The position numbers were made by a program, and so were the translations under genes. Below, in pieces: positions 36,888 to 46,020 of a stretch of DNA of 64,000 bases. The DNA is from Escherichia phage vB_EcoM_SQ17. Each line of letters begins with the position of its first letter. Within the stretch, counting starts at the first letter, position 1. The DNA lies in sequence record MW882907; one strand, given 5' to 3'. The notes under the pieces were generated by a model. It did no database searches, was not told the DNA's origin, and saw nothing but the letters and a program-made list of their open reading frames with translations.

Positions 36888-37574
36888 TTACCAGCCTTCC
36901 ATAGGGAATTCCAGATAAACTTGAGCATTGACACGAATTTCATTGGTAATCTTTTTAACTCGGTCTGTATTACGAGATACACGTCCGAACCAACGCCATC
37001 CATTACTAATTGCACGAGAACCAGTGTGCCATGTTTGCCAATCAAACTGAAGAAGAGTACGATCTGGAGCTTCCCATTTCTCTAGTTCACCTTTTTCAAT
37101 TTTTTCGAGGACTTCTTTGTGCCACTGACGATAGATAAGTTCGCCATCAGGAATCTGACTGAACTCTGCAGTTCCTGTTGCAAAATGAGTAGGACACACG
37201 TCAGCGTTAACAAGACCAAGAATATGTTCAGACAAATAGCGAGGATTGTCATAATCAGGTTGTCCTGCAGTAATAAAGTGTTGACCAACTGGAATATCAG
37301 GGCGTGGTACATCATCATGGTGATATCCAGGAATAGCAGGATACCAACCAGGCATCAGCATGTGGACTCGTGAATCAAATACTACATCAGAGTCTTTCCA
37401 ATCGTCAGGAAGATTTTGGATAAAGCTACGAGTAATTGGGCCGCCATTATCAAAAGCAAAATTCAAATCGCAGTTAAAGAACATAGGCTCGTTTTTAATC
37501 TGGTCGTTTTTAATCGCATGAGCAAAACCACCTACTGCACGAGCTTGACTATTAAACACTTTAGAACTATTCAT
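36888..37574 (-). CDS. hypothetical protein (possible 2OG-Fe(II) oxygenase-like; weak)
   Basis: 228-aa ORF, ATG start; His/Asp cluster GYHHDD and later WHTGSRA are the only suggestive motifs. Confidence 0.5.
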   Translation of the reverse strand: MNSSKVFNSQARAVGGFAHAIKNDQIKNEPMFFNCDLNFAFDNGGPITRSFIQNLPDDWKDSDVVFDSRVHMLMPGWYPAIPGYHHDDVPRPDIPVGQHFITAGQPDYDNPRYLSEHILGLVNADVCPTHFATGTAEFSQIPDGELIYRQWHKEVLEKIEKGELEKWEAPDRTLLQFDWQTWHTGSRAISNGWRWFGRVSRNTDRVKKITNEIRVNAQVYLEFPMEGW

Positions 37575-37575
37575 A

Positions 37576-37881
37576 TTATTTTCCTCGACATTCTTTAATG
37601 AAATTTTCTAGATTGGTAGATTCAATAGCTTTTTTACGAGCTTCCGCGTGTTCTTCTTCAGACAATTTACGTTTATAATTGACCCAGACATTATGGTCGA
37701 AACTAGTCGTGGCATATAATAACAATGCTCCAACGAATAGCAAAAACGGCGATAAGAATACAAAACCAGGAACACCATCCATATCGTAAGCCTTTTGTAA
37801 TACTGCAACAGAAAGAGCTGCGTAAAAAGGTGATGCAAATATTGTTAAAAGACCGATTCGATTGGTTTCTGTTAATTTCAT
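37576..37881 (-). CDS. membrane protein
   Basis: 101-aa ORF with two hydrophobic helices, ATG start, early promoter upstream. Confidence 0.5.
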   Translation of the reverse strand: MKLTETNRIGLLTIFASPFYAALSVAVLQKAYDMDGVPGFVFLSPFLLFVGALLLYATTSFDHNVWVNYKRKLSEEEHAEARKKAIESTNLENFIKECRGK

Positions 37882-37909
37882 AATATTCTCCTCATGTTTT
37901 AATAGGACT

Positions 37910-37940
37910 ACTATAACATAGTCCCTATAATTGTGTAAAC
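37910..37940 (-). promoter_or_regulatory. T4-type early promoter
   Basis: Minus strand GTTTAC, spacer, TATAGT; ataggactactataacatag repeat family. Confidence 0.5.
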
Positions 37941-37952
37941 AGTTTTGTGAAG

Positions 37953-38909
37953 TTATTTGAAAGGTTTTACCATATGGAAATTTTGTTTGAAACGTTTGAC
38001 GTAATCGTCATGTCCTAAGCTTTGGTACATACTTACTACTTTGCTGTAGTTTTCCCAGGCATACTCACGGAACCAACCAGAGGTGATGCTTGTGCAGACT
38101 TTTTCCAATGCCATCATGAAACTGGCTTCAGGGTTAATTTTAAAGTCATTAGGAATTTGAGAACGTTCTAATGCTAGTACACATGATTCTTCGTATACAC
38201 CGGCCAATTTGACCATTTCTGGTAATGATTCAAACTTCTCGCGTGAGGTCATGACTTCAGAACCGTCTTTCATATAAAATGTATACGCTGGACAGTCTGT
38301 TAGTGCAATGGCTTCATGAATAGTATCATGGTCATATGTATAGATGTCATCTTTAAAGAACGCACTTTTAGAAGTGTCAAGAACCGGGTGAGCATAGTTC
38401 AAGGTTTCTTTCTGGCGTTTCAGCATAATTTCAGTAAGTTCATCGTTCAGTGTAACACCTTTACCACGAAGATACTGAATATGGTTCATAGTCTTTAAAA
38501 AGAATGGATTATTTTTCTTGAAACGATGAGACATCTTAATGGCAAGACATATCTCAGGAGTTGCCCAGTAAAACCCGTTCAAACGGTCTTTAGTCAAATT
38601 TTTCTTGGCGTATTTTAAAAGGCCATAAGAAGACGTGAAATCTTCAGGAGTGAGTTCACCGACTAATTCACGGACATTAGTGATTGCCGGAACAATATAT
38701 GCTTCAAAATGAGTTTCGCGTCCATTATGGAAGCATTTGAAAACTTGGACATCAGGGTTATCTTGATGAACATATACACCCATCATTTGATTTTTGAATG
38801 CATTCCAAGAACCTTGGTCTGCAATAAAGTCCCAGTCACTATTTTTGATAGCGTTAGAATCAATAAGACCATGATAGTGAAGTGCACGAGAACCAATAAC
38901 TAACATCAT
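37953..38909 (-). CDS. hypothetical protein (possible NTase-fold; weak)
   Basis: 318-aa ORF, ATG ATG start; N-terminal IGSRALHYHGLIDSNAIKNSDWDFIAD loosely resembles G-S...D-x-D nucleotidyltransferase motif. Confidence 0.5.
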   Translation of the reverse strand: MMLVIGSRALHYHGLIDSNAIKNSDWDFIADQGSWNAFKNQMMGVYVHQDNPDVQVFKCFHNGRETHFEAYIVPAITNVRELVGELTPEDFTSSYGLLKYAKKNLTKDRLNGFYWATPEICLAIKMSHRFKKNNPFFLKTMNHIQYLRGKGVTLNDELTEIMLKRQKETLNYAHPVLDTSKSAFFKDDIYTYDHDTIHEAIALTDCPAYTFYMKDGSEVMTSREKFESLPEMVKLAGVYEESCVLALERSQIPNDFKINPEASFMMALEKVCTSITSGWFREYAWENYSKVVSMYQSLGHDDYVKRFKQNFHMVKPFK

Positions 38910-38933
38910 AATATTTTCCTCGGATTAATTAAC

Positions 38934-39185
38934 TTAAATTTCACGACATGCGATATCATATTCATCCCAGAGGTCATCATGTGAAGCCTCTACCAATGGA
39001 ACGATTGTACCATTTATGTCTTCGTTATAAGGGCAAATTGTACAGTGTGCATCTTCAAATCGGATGCCTTTGTGTTCAGATTTTTTATAACGCATATCGA
39101 ATATCTTTGCAAACTTTTCACGAGTAATGGTTTTAGCAACCACTTCGGTTCCGATACTTTCGTAATAAATCATTGTGGACTCCAT
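38934..39185 (-). CDS. hypothetical protein
   Basis: 83-aa ORF, ATG start, Cys/His-containing. Confidence 0.45.
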   Translation of the reverse strand: MESTMIYYESIGTEVVAKTITREKFAKIFDMRYKKSEHKGIRFEDAHCTICPYNEDINGTIVPLVEASHDDLWDEYDIACREI

Positions 39186-39201
39186 TTAATTTGATAGGAC
39201 T

Positions 39202-39231
39202 ACTATAACATAGCCCTATCTTGTTGTAAAC
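39202..39231 (-). promoter_or_regulatory. T4-type early promoter
   Basis: Minus strand GTTTAC, spacer, TATAGT. Confidence 0.5.
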
Positions 39232-39235
39232 TGTT

Positions 39236-39433
39236 TTAGCAAGAATAACTAGATGATACCCAGCCTTGAACAGTAATGCTATTATTGGATAATGAGATCG
39301 CGTCCTGGAGATTCAGACCTGCGTTATCTTCAATCCACAATGTAACTTCTTCGCGTTCTTCTGTTGCAATTTGGAACAGGTTTTCCAGAGCAGCTACTGC
39401 CGTACGTACAGCACAATCTAATTCACGAGACAT
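39236..39433 (-). CDS. small protein, C-terminal GW-x-SS-x-x-C family, copy 1
   Basis: 65-aa ORF ending ...ITVQGWVSSSYSC. Confidence 0.45.
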   Translation of the reverse strand: MSRELDCAVRTAVAALENLFQIATEEREEVTLWIEDNAGLNLQDAISLSNNSITVQGWVSSSYSC

Positions 39434-39442
39434 ATGGTTTCC

Positions 39443-39715
39443 TTAGCAAGTGTGAGAAGATGCAATCCAACCACCAGTTTCGAGGCTCAGGTTGTAGTCG
39501 TATTGGTAAACGTCAGCCCATTCGGCATAGCCGTTTTTTGTACAACGTTCAAGATCGGCTTTAAGTTGTCCGGGTGAATGATAGGTTCCACCCATACCAT
39601 AAGCTGGATACAAGTTGAATGTTGTGTTTTGTTTATCAGCAATTTCTTTGGCAGCCTCAATAGCTGCATAGATTTTTGCTACGGCTTCAGCCAGTTCGGT
39701 TTGTTCTTTAGACAT
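39443..39715 (-). CDS. small protein, C-terminal GW-x-SS-x-x-C family, copy 2
   Basis: 90-aa ORF ending ...ETGGWIASSHTC. Confidence 0.45.
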   Translation of the reverse strand: MSKEQTELAEAVAKIYAAIEAAKEIADKQNTTFNLYPAYGMGGTYHSPGQLKADLERCTKNGYAEWADVYQYDYNLSLETGGWIASSHTC

Positions 39716-39768
39716 AATGATTCCTTAGCACATCGCAGAAGACGAAACCCAAGCACCTTTGGTAATAG
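39716..39768 (-). pseudogene. remnant of a third GW-x-SS-x-x-C family gene (C-terminal fragment only)
   Basis: Frame without start codon encodes ...FIPSITKGAWVSSSAMC then TAA; upstream in-frame stop. Confidence 0.3.
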
Positions 39769-39798
39769 AGGGTATGAATTAATAATAACACATAATTC

Positions 39799-40314
39799 TT
39801 AAAGCAAATCAATCATTTTAACGGTTGGCAAAACGATTTCTTCTTCAATATAAGCAAATTCGACACGTTCAACTACACGCAAGAAATCATAATCATAATA
39901 TTCAGAAGCATGGCCAAGAATATCAGTGAGACCTTCTGATACCAAATATCCATTCTCACGGAACAGGTCAAATACACGTGATTCGTCTTCTTCAGATTTA
40001 TTACCGAGGTCGACTTCAATATCAAAGACCTTTTTAATGAATTCTGGATAAAGCTGGTCCGAGAACAGTCCTTCAACCAAGTATTCATAGATTAAAAGCG
40101 AGCAATCACTGAATAGTGTATTACCACAGTAACGTTCAGCTTTAGTACTAGAATGACGACTCTTAAATTTCTTCAAGAGATATTTAAACTGTTGGATCTC
40201 ATGCTCTTCTACACCAAATAATGTTTTGGTTTTATAATTGTCGCCATCATTTTCCCAAGTAGTGACATCAATTACGTAACCTTTAGGAATTGTACTGCCT
40301 AAACAAATATTCAT
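39799..40314 (-). CDS. hypothetical protein
   Basis: 171-aa ORF, acidic. Confidence 0.5.
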   Translation of the reverse strand: MNICLGSTIPKGYVIDVTTWENDGDNYKTKTLFGVEEHEIQQFKYLLKKFKSRHSSTKAERYCGNTLFSDCSLLIYEYLVEGLFSDQLYPEFIKKVFDIEVDLGNKSEEDESRVFDLFRENGYLVSEGLTDILGHASEYYDYDFLRVVERVEFAYIEEEIVLPTVKMIDLL

Positions 40315-40318
40315 TTAC

Positions 40319-40609
40319 TCACCGTACCATATTAATGTAATTATATTCAATGCAACGCAATTTCAAAGGATTCTTGAAAATATCATATTCAAGAGGGCCT
40401 TTTTCTGTTTCAATAAAGAAATCAAAGTTAACTGTGTTAAATTTACCATCTTCACAGAGTAATTTAACCTGTGAAGACGAACGGTCGATATAAACCTTTT
40501 CAACTTCAAAAATAGTCAAAATACCATAGTCATCGACCAGTGCTTTAGCTGCACGTTGATCGCTTTCATATCCATTCTCGACAGATTTTACTTTAGCATA
40601 AAGAATCAT
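40319..40609 (-). CDS. hypothetical protein
   Basis: 96-aa ORF. Confidence 0.5.
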   Translation of the reverse strand: MILYAKVKSVENGYESDQRAAKALVDDYGILTIFEVEKVYIDRSSSQVKLLCEDGKFNTVNFDFFIETEKGPLEYDIFKNPLKLRCIEYNYINMVR

Positions 40610-40986
40610 GAGTGTTCCACCACTTCAAAAGTATGTGCACTGACAATCTGGTACCAGTCAAAATTTTCTTCAGCATTTTTGTAGATTTCACGAAGAGCTT
40701 CAACAGTTTTTCCTGTAGCAACAAGATCGTCAATACCGCCAAGAGGATAACAGTCGTAACCAGCAAACAGAAGGAAATTAATAGTTTCTGTAGGTTCTGG
40801 ATGCAGAATACCGTTATCATCTACCACTTCAAAGAAAGTGTAAGAAGGAGTACAAGTTTTAATCCAAGCCCAGGCTTGAGCCGCTGAATCAAATGGTCTG
40901 CGTATCAAACGACAATCAGGGTCTTTAGAAGGATTTGCTTCAAAATCCGCATATACTTGATATTTCATTTTACTCACCTTTTGCAA
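40606..40986 (-). CDS. hypothetical protein
   Basis: 126-aa ORF, overlaps neighbours by 4 nt and 17 nt. Confidence 0.5.
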   Translation of the reverse strand: MQKVSKMKYQVYADFEANPSKDPDCRLIRRPFDSAAQAWAWIKTCTPSYTFFEVVDDNGILHPEPTETINFLLFAGYDCYPLGGIDDLVATGKTVEALREIYKNAEENFDWYQIVSAHTFEVVEHS

Positions 40987-41155
40987 TTTTATCCATAACG
41001 ATAGCGATTAAGCCGATTAGAAATGCTACTACCAATGAGATAGAATTTTCTGTTGTTGTCAGTAGTCCACAAATGAATCCTACAAACATCGAAAAACTAA
41101 AAGCCATTGAAGCAATTACTACAGCAACATTACGAATCAGTTCAGCGCGTTTCAT
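40970..41155 (-). CDS. small membrane protein
   Basis: 61-aa ORF with two hydrophobic helices. Confidence 0.45.
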   Translation of the reverse strand: MKRAELIRNVAVVIASMAFSFSMFVGFICGLLTTTENSISLVVAFLIGLIAIVMDKIAKGE

Positions 41156-41183
41156 TTTATTCTCCTCAGTAGTTGATAGGGTA

Positions 41184-41213
41184 ATAGTATCACTACCCTA
41201 TCTAAAAGTAAAC
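41184..41213 (-). promoter_or_regulatory. T4-type early promoter
   Basis: Minus strand GTTTAC, 18-nt spacer, TACTAT. Confidence 0.5.
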
Positions 41214-41224
41214 GGTTTTATAAA

Positions 41225-41533
41225 CTATTTTATTCCGCGTGATGCAATCGTATTCTGCCGTTTAACGCCAGTTTGTTTAAAGTTATGATTGTCGAGTTGA
41301 TCGGTACGAGCAACTCCGAATGATGATTTAATCTTAGCTTTAGATCCTTTAGTTATAGAAATATACATCTCGGGAGCCCCTTTCTTAAAGTCCGAAGCAA
41401 TTACTTCAACACCGTTCTTAGCAAGTGACCTCAGAATTGCTTCCGCATACTCATCATCAAGACCCGCTTGAGTATGAATAACGAATGTCTTTGGCGCAGC
41501 TGCTTCACAGATAAATTCTTTAAATGTTTTCAT
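41225..41533 (-). CDS. internal protein (capsid-targeted) family member
   Basis: 102-aa ORF starting MKTFKEFICEA. Confidence 0.6.
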   Translation of the reverse strand: MKTFKEFICEAAAPKTFVIHTQAGLDDEYAEAILRSLAKNGVEVIASDFKKGAPEMYISITKGSKAKIKSSFGVARTDQLDNHNFKQTGVKRQNTIASRGIK

Positions 41534-41563
41534 TTTATTTTCCTAATTAATTTTGATGAGATA

Positions 41564-41593
41564 ATAGTACCACAACCCTATTTAAAAGTAAAC
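41564..41593 (-). promoter_or_regulatory. T4-type early promoter
   Basis: Minus strand GTTTAC, spacer, TACTAT. Confidence 0.5.
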
Positions 41594-41866
41594 TCATTTT
41601 AAATAAATTGCGTATTTTTTATAACCCGCTGTCTCATGTCGAAGACCCTTATCATTAGCAAAACGCTCAATGTTGTTAATTTGATTCTGGTCAAGTTCAG
41701 AGATGTCAAACACGAAATAGTTACGTTTGTTACCAACTGTTACATAGTCAGTTAAATCAATACCATATAGGTAATTGATGTTATCAATCATAGTCTTGAC
41801 AGCTTTGCTAATTTTTACTTTTTCATTAAAAGCAGCTTCATTGATAAATTCTTTAAATGTTTTCAT
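41594..41866 (-). CDS. internal protein (capsid-targeted) family member in the ipI position
   Basis: Track ORF trimmed to ATG: MKTFKEFINEAAFNEKVKI...; directly upstream of 57B as ipI is in T4. Confidence 0.6.
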   Translation of the reverse strand: MKTFKEFINEAAFNEKVKISKAVKTMIDNINYLYGIDLTDYVTVGNKRNYFVFDISELDQNQINNIERFANDKGLRHETAGYKKYAIYLK

Positions 41867-41902
41867 TTTATTCTCTAATTTCACATTTGTTTTGATAGGA
41901 TG

Positions 41903-41942
41903 ATAGTAACACACCATCATCCTTATGTAAACTGTTTTGTGA
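41903..41942 (-). promoter_or_regulatory. T4-type early promoter
   Basis: Minus strand GTTTAC, spacer, TACTAT. Confidence 0.5.
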
Positions 41943-41944
41943 AA

Positions 41945-42630
<686 letters not shown>

Positions 42631-42634
42631 TTTA

Positions 42635-43369
42635 TTACCTTAAGATTGTTTCAATTTTAGAATAAAGCTCTTCTAAAGAGCCGTCGTTTGTAATAACTAA
42701 ATCGCCTTCTTCAATAGGCAACCCAGCTTCTGTAATATGTTTATCGGTGGATTCCGTACCAGAGCGAACCACATGAATAACTGTAGCACCCATCGCTCTA
42801 GCGGTTTCCATTTCATGGACTTGGCGTGTATCGGTCACAACGTAGTAATCGAAATCACTTCCAATATAATCCATATAGTTTAATGCAAAAAGCTTAACCC
42901 AATACATACGGTCAAATAAATTAACGACAACATCCGTACCGAGGGCTTGCATAAGACGGCGGATTGACCATGTGTCGTTGATATTATTTATAGCTTCACG
43001 CAGGGCTTCATATGGTTTAATATCTAGATATGAATACCCACCTTCTAATGATGATAATACTTTAACATTATTAATTGGTAAATATTGACTTTGTAAATAA
43101 ATTAGCGCTTCTTCCAATAATTCAATAACATCCAACTTATTGATATTTAATGGTGTTTCACGGTCGTATCCAATGCCTTCAAAGTATTCATATTTCAACT
43201 CGGTGAATACATCCGGGTTTTCGGCGTGTTTACGCTCCCAAGCTATTGCTAGAGCGTCTTTAATTGGATATGCTAATTGATATTTTATGGATTTAAAGTT
43301 TGAATTGATGTAATCAGCGGTGGTGTCTTTACCACTACGTTTGATGCCGCTTAAAAAGATTAGCTCCAT
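42635..43369 (-). CDS. 1: deoxynucleoside monophosphate kinase gp1
   Basis: 244-aa ORF with P-loop LSGIKRSGKDT. Confidence 0.85.
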   Translation of the reverse strand: MELIFLSGIKRSGKDTTADYINSNFKSIKYQLAYPIKDALAIAWERKHAENPDVFTELKYEYFEGIGYDRETPLNINKLDVIELLEEALIYLQSQYLPINNVKVLSSLEGGYSYLDIKPYEALREAINNINDTWSIRRLMQALGTDVVVNLFDRMYWVKLFALNYMDYIGSDFDYYVVTDTRQVHEMETARAMGATVIHVVRSGTESTDKHITEAGLPIEEGDLVITNDGSLEELYSKIETILR

Positions 43370-43422
43370 AGGTTTTCCTCATATAATTTATGAGTGATTA
43401 TAACATACGGAGCTAGAAGCGA

Positions 43423-44007
43423 TTAACGCAAGGAAGGGTGTCTAGAAATGGATTTAGATTCGACTGCTTGACGTGGTTGTTGAGATACAATGACTTCGCC
43501 ATCCTTTTCTATCGTCATATACGCGTAGTGAATAGTTGCTACGCACGTAACGGCAGGGTCAGAGTCTTCGGTATAACTAAATTCAATTTCACTCAAATCA
43601 GAAATCCATGGTTTATAGAAATTTGCCGTCAAAACTACTTCGGTCTTATTGTTGTTTAAAATGTGCAAAGTAACAAACTCAGGACCATCAGAGTGGGCCG
43701 TATTATGTCCGGTTATATAGTTATTAGTGCTGAGCATCCATTTATACATGTTCATCCAGGACGTCATGTCTTCATCAACTATAAATCGTACAACAAAAGG
43801 GTCATATTCAAATGTAGTGCCTGCACGCATTGCACGTCCTAACCCCATTGTGCCTGTCACAGTTTCAACAACAGGAATTCTCACACCTGGCAGTGGAGCC
43901 GTTTGGGCATTGAGCACAAAACCTGAAGTTCGTGTACTATCCGGGATATCCACAACAAAGTTTGTTATATTTGTTTGGTTAAAAATCTGTCTCGCTGGAC
44001 GAGTCAT
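43423..44007 (-). CDS. 3: tail completion / sheath stabilizer gp3
   Basis: Track ORF trimmed to first ATG; position between genes 1 and 2. Confidence 0.7.
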   Translation of the reverse strand: MTRPARQIFNQTNITNFVVDIPDSTRTSGFVLNAQTAPLPGVRIPVVETVTGTMGLGRAMRAGTTFEYDPFVVRFIVDEDMTSWMNMYKWMLSTNNYITGHNTAHSDGPEFVTLHILNNNKTEVVLTANFYKPWISDLSEIEFSYTEDSDPAVTCVATIHYAYMTIEKDGEVIVSQQPRQAVESKSISRHPSLR

Positions 44008-44109
44008 AAGCACCTCAAAAACGCTTTAATAAAAATGCAGTATAATGGTTTTAGGTCTCTTCCATTAATCTGGTTCAACAGAATATCAGAAGAACGGAAG
44101 AGAATAGAA

Positions 44110-44931
44110 TTAAGATTTCCAAACAGTATTCGCAGAGAAACGTTTTCCTTTTGACATAAACTGCTGAGTAGGTAACATGATTATGTTAGCCCAGTCTTTA
44201 GGAGCGATTTCTGTTATTGTTCCTCTAATGTGGCCTGGCAGGTATGCTTTAATCATTTTGTCAGCACCTTGAAATCCTTTCACCTTGCTCCAGTCTATTT
44301 TCAACTTTGTGTTATTAGTAATAGTAGTTGTGCTAGCATATTGCTTCAGCAATTCTTCAAGAAACTGTTGTCGTGCTTTAGGTGGGATATAGTGCAAGTT
44401 TAACCCATACATCAAATTATGTTTACCTAATCCTAAATAAATAATCAAAGGATATCGGTCCCAATACGGCAGAGTATCTTTATGTTTAGCATCATACACG
44501 TAAGTATAAATTTTGCCTGGCGTAGGCTTGACTACTTTATGACCTTTTACACTTTTCTTAATTGTTTCAACAAACCACTTAGATGATTTGTTGTTTACTG
44601 CTGCGCCTTCATTTCTAATCTTTTCTCGTATTGAACTGCGAAACGAGTTTATCATCAGAAGTTGACGTTCTTGTTTATTGAGTTTATTTTTAGGTTTAGA
44701 TTCAAGCGTTTCAATTTTCTGTGCAGTCTTAATAGATGATGCATATCTAGACATTGCAGATGTAAACGACGAGTATTTTATTCCTTTTGATTCTGCAAAT
44801 GCTTTTGCAGTGATTCCTTTCTCTTTAGCTTTCTTGTATTCTAATCCTATCTCAATCCATTTTCTTTCATTCATAGACTGAGCAATCTTAGGGGCTTGTA
44901 CGCCTTCAGATATAATTTGGAATATGCTCAT
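44110..44931 (-). CDS. 2: DNA end protector gp2
   Basis: 273-aa ORF; size and position match T4 gp2. Confidence 0.8.
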   Translation of the reverse strand: MSIFQIISEGVQAPKIAQSMNERKWIEIGLEYKKAKEKGITAKAFAESKGIKYSSFTSAMSRYASSIKTAQKIETLESKPKNKLNKQERQLLMINSFRSSIREKIRNEGAAVNNKSSKWFVETIKKSVKGHKVVKPTPGKIYTYVYDAKHKDTLPYWDRYPLIIYLGLGKHNLMYGLNLHYIPPKARQQFLEELLKQYASTTTITNNTKLKIDWSKVKGFQGADKMIKAYLPGHIRGTITEIAPKDWANIIMLPTQQFMSKGKRFSANTVWKS

Positions 44932-44933
44932 AA

Positions 44934-45383
44934 TTACCCCTTGTATCCGAGTTTTCTAAGACCATCCTCGGTTAGAACTCGGAATTTTATATTTCTCTTT
45001 TCAGCAACAGCTGAGGCAGCTTTCCATTTGTCACAGTTCACAGACCAGGTATATATTTCATTCATATAACGTTTCTTTGCTGCAGTCGTAAGATTTGCAG
45101 GCTTAATAGGTGGTTGAGTTTCTTTCTTTGGTTTTATTTCTACAAAGAACTCTTGACCTGATGCATCTTTCATCCATATGTCCATATAGTATCGACGTTT
45201 CTTACCTTCAGCATTACAAAAATATGGAATTACTGCTGTTTCACTACCCCATGCAATAATTTCTGGATTTTTATCTAACCATTCGAAAAAGAATTTTTCC
45301 CAGTTTGAACGATACGTTATTTTGGTATGGTCTCCACGGTATTTTTTTAAATTTTTTGGGACCCATTTACCAGAGTAGGCCAT
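44934..45383 (-). CDS. 4: head completion protein gp4
   Basis: ATG at 45383 ([19 protein letters not shown]...) giving 149 aa, downstream of a minus-strand late promoter; longer track ORF would overlap gene 53. Confidence 0.75.
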   Translation of the reverse strand: MAYSGKWVPKNLKKYRGDHTKITYRSNWEKFFFEWLDKNPEIIAWGSETAVIPYFCNAEGKKRRYYMDIWMKDASGQEFFVEIKPKKETQPPIKPANLTTAAKKRYMNEIYTWSVNCDKWKAASAVAEKRNIKFRVLTEDGLRKLGYKG

Positions 45384-45394
45384 GTTGTCCTCCT

Positions 45395-45402
45395 TATAAA
45401 TA
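45395..45402 (+). promoter_or_regulatory. late promoter (TATAAATA) for gene 53
   Basis: Exact TATAAATA about 45 nt upstream of gene 53 start. Confidence 0.55.
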
Positions 45403-45409
45403 GTATTAT

Positions 45410-45417
45410 TATTTATA
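45410..45417 (-). promoter_or_regulatory. late promoter (TATAAATA) for gene 4 operon
   Basis: Plus tatttata = TATAAATA on minus, about 27 nt upstream of gene 4 ATG; divergent with the gene 53 promoter. Confidence 0.5.
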
Positions 45418-45444
45418 CCAATTTCATATTGGAAGGAGACTATC

Positions 45445-46020
45445 TTGTTATTTACATTCTTCGACCCAATAGGATATAGTGCTAAAACAGTTAATAAGAA
45501 TGCACCTACTATTCCTATGACAGACATATTTCGTAACTATAAAGAGTACTTTAAGCGTGTTGCTGCCAATTATAGATTACGTTCTTATTATATTAAAGGC
45601 TCTCCGCGTCCTGAAGAACTAGCAAACATAATTTATGGCAACCCTCAATTATACTGGGTCCTTTTGATGTGTAATGACAACTATGATCCGTATTATGGTT
45701 GGATTACATCTCAGGAAGCGGCGTATCAAGCTTCTATTCAGAAATATGCTAATGCTGGCGGCGACCAAATTCTTTATCATATTAATGAAAATCGTGAGAA
45801 ATTTTACAATTTGGTTTCATATCCGGATGAGCCTTTAGTGTGGTACGATAAAGGTGATGAAGCTCGTAAGTATCCGCAATATAAAGGACCTTTAGCTGCA
45901 GTAGATACTTATGAAGCGGCAGTATTAGATAATGAAAAACTTCGTAAAATAAAAATTGTTGCAAAAGAAGATATAAACTCGTTTATCACAGATTTGATTC
46001 GTGAGATGGAGATTGCATAA
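45445..46020 (+). CDS. 53: baseplate wedge protein gp53
   Basis: 191-aa ORF MLFTFFDPIGYSAKTVNKNAPTIP...; first codon is TTG preceded by GGAAGGAG Shine-Dalgarno. Confidence 0.85.
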   Translation: MLFTFFDPIGYSAKTVNKNAPTIPMTDIFRNYKEYFKRVAANYRLRSYYIKGSPRPEELANIIYGNPQLYWVLLMCNDNYDPYYGWITSQEAAYQASIQKYANAGGDQILYHINENREKFYNLVSYPDEPLVWYDKGDEARKYPQYKGPLAAVDTYEAAVLDNEKLRKIKIVAKEDINSFITDLIREMEIA

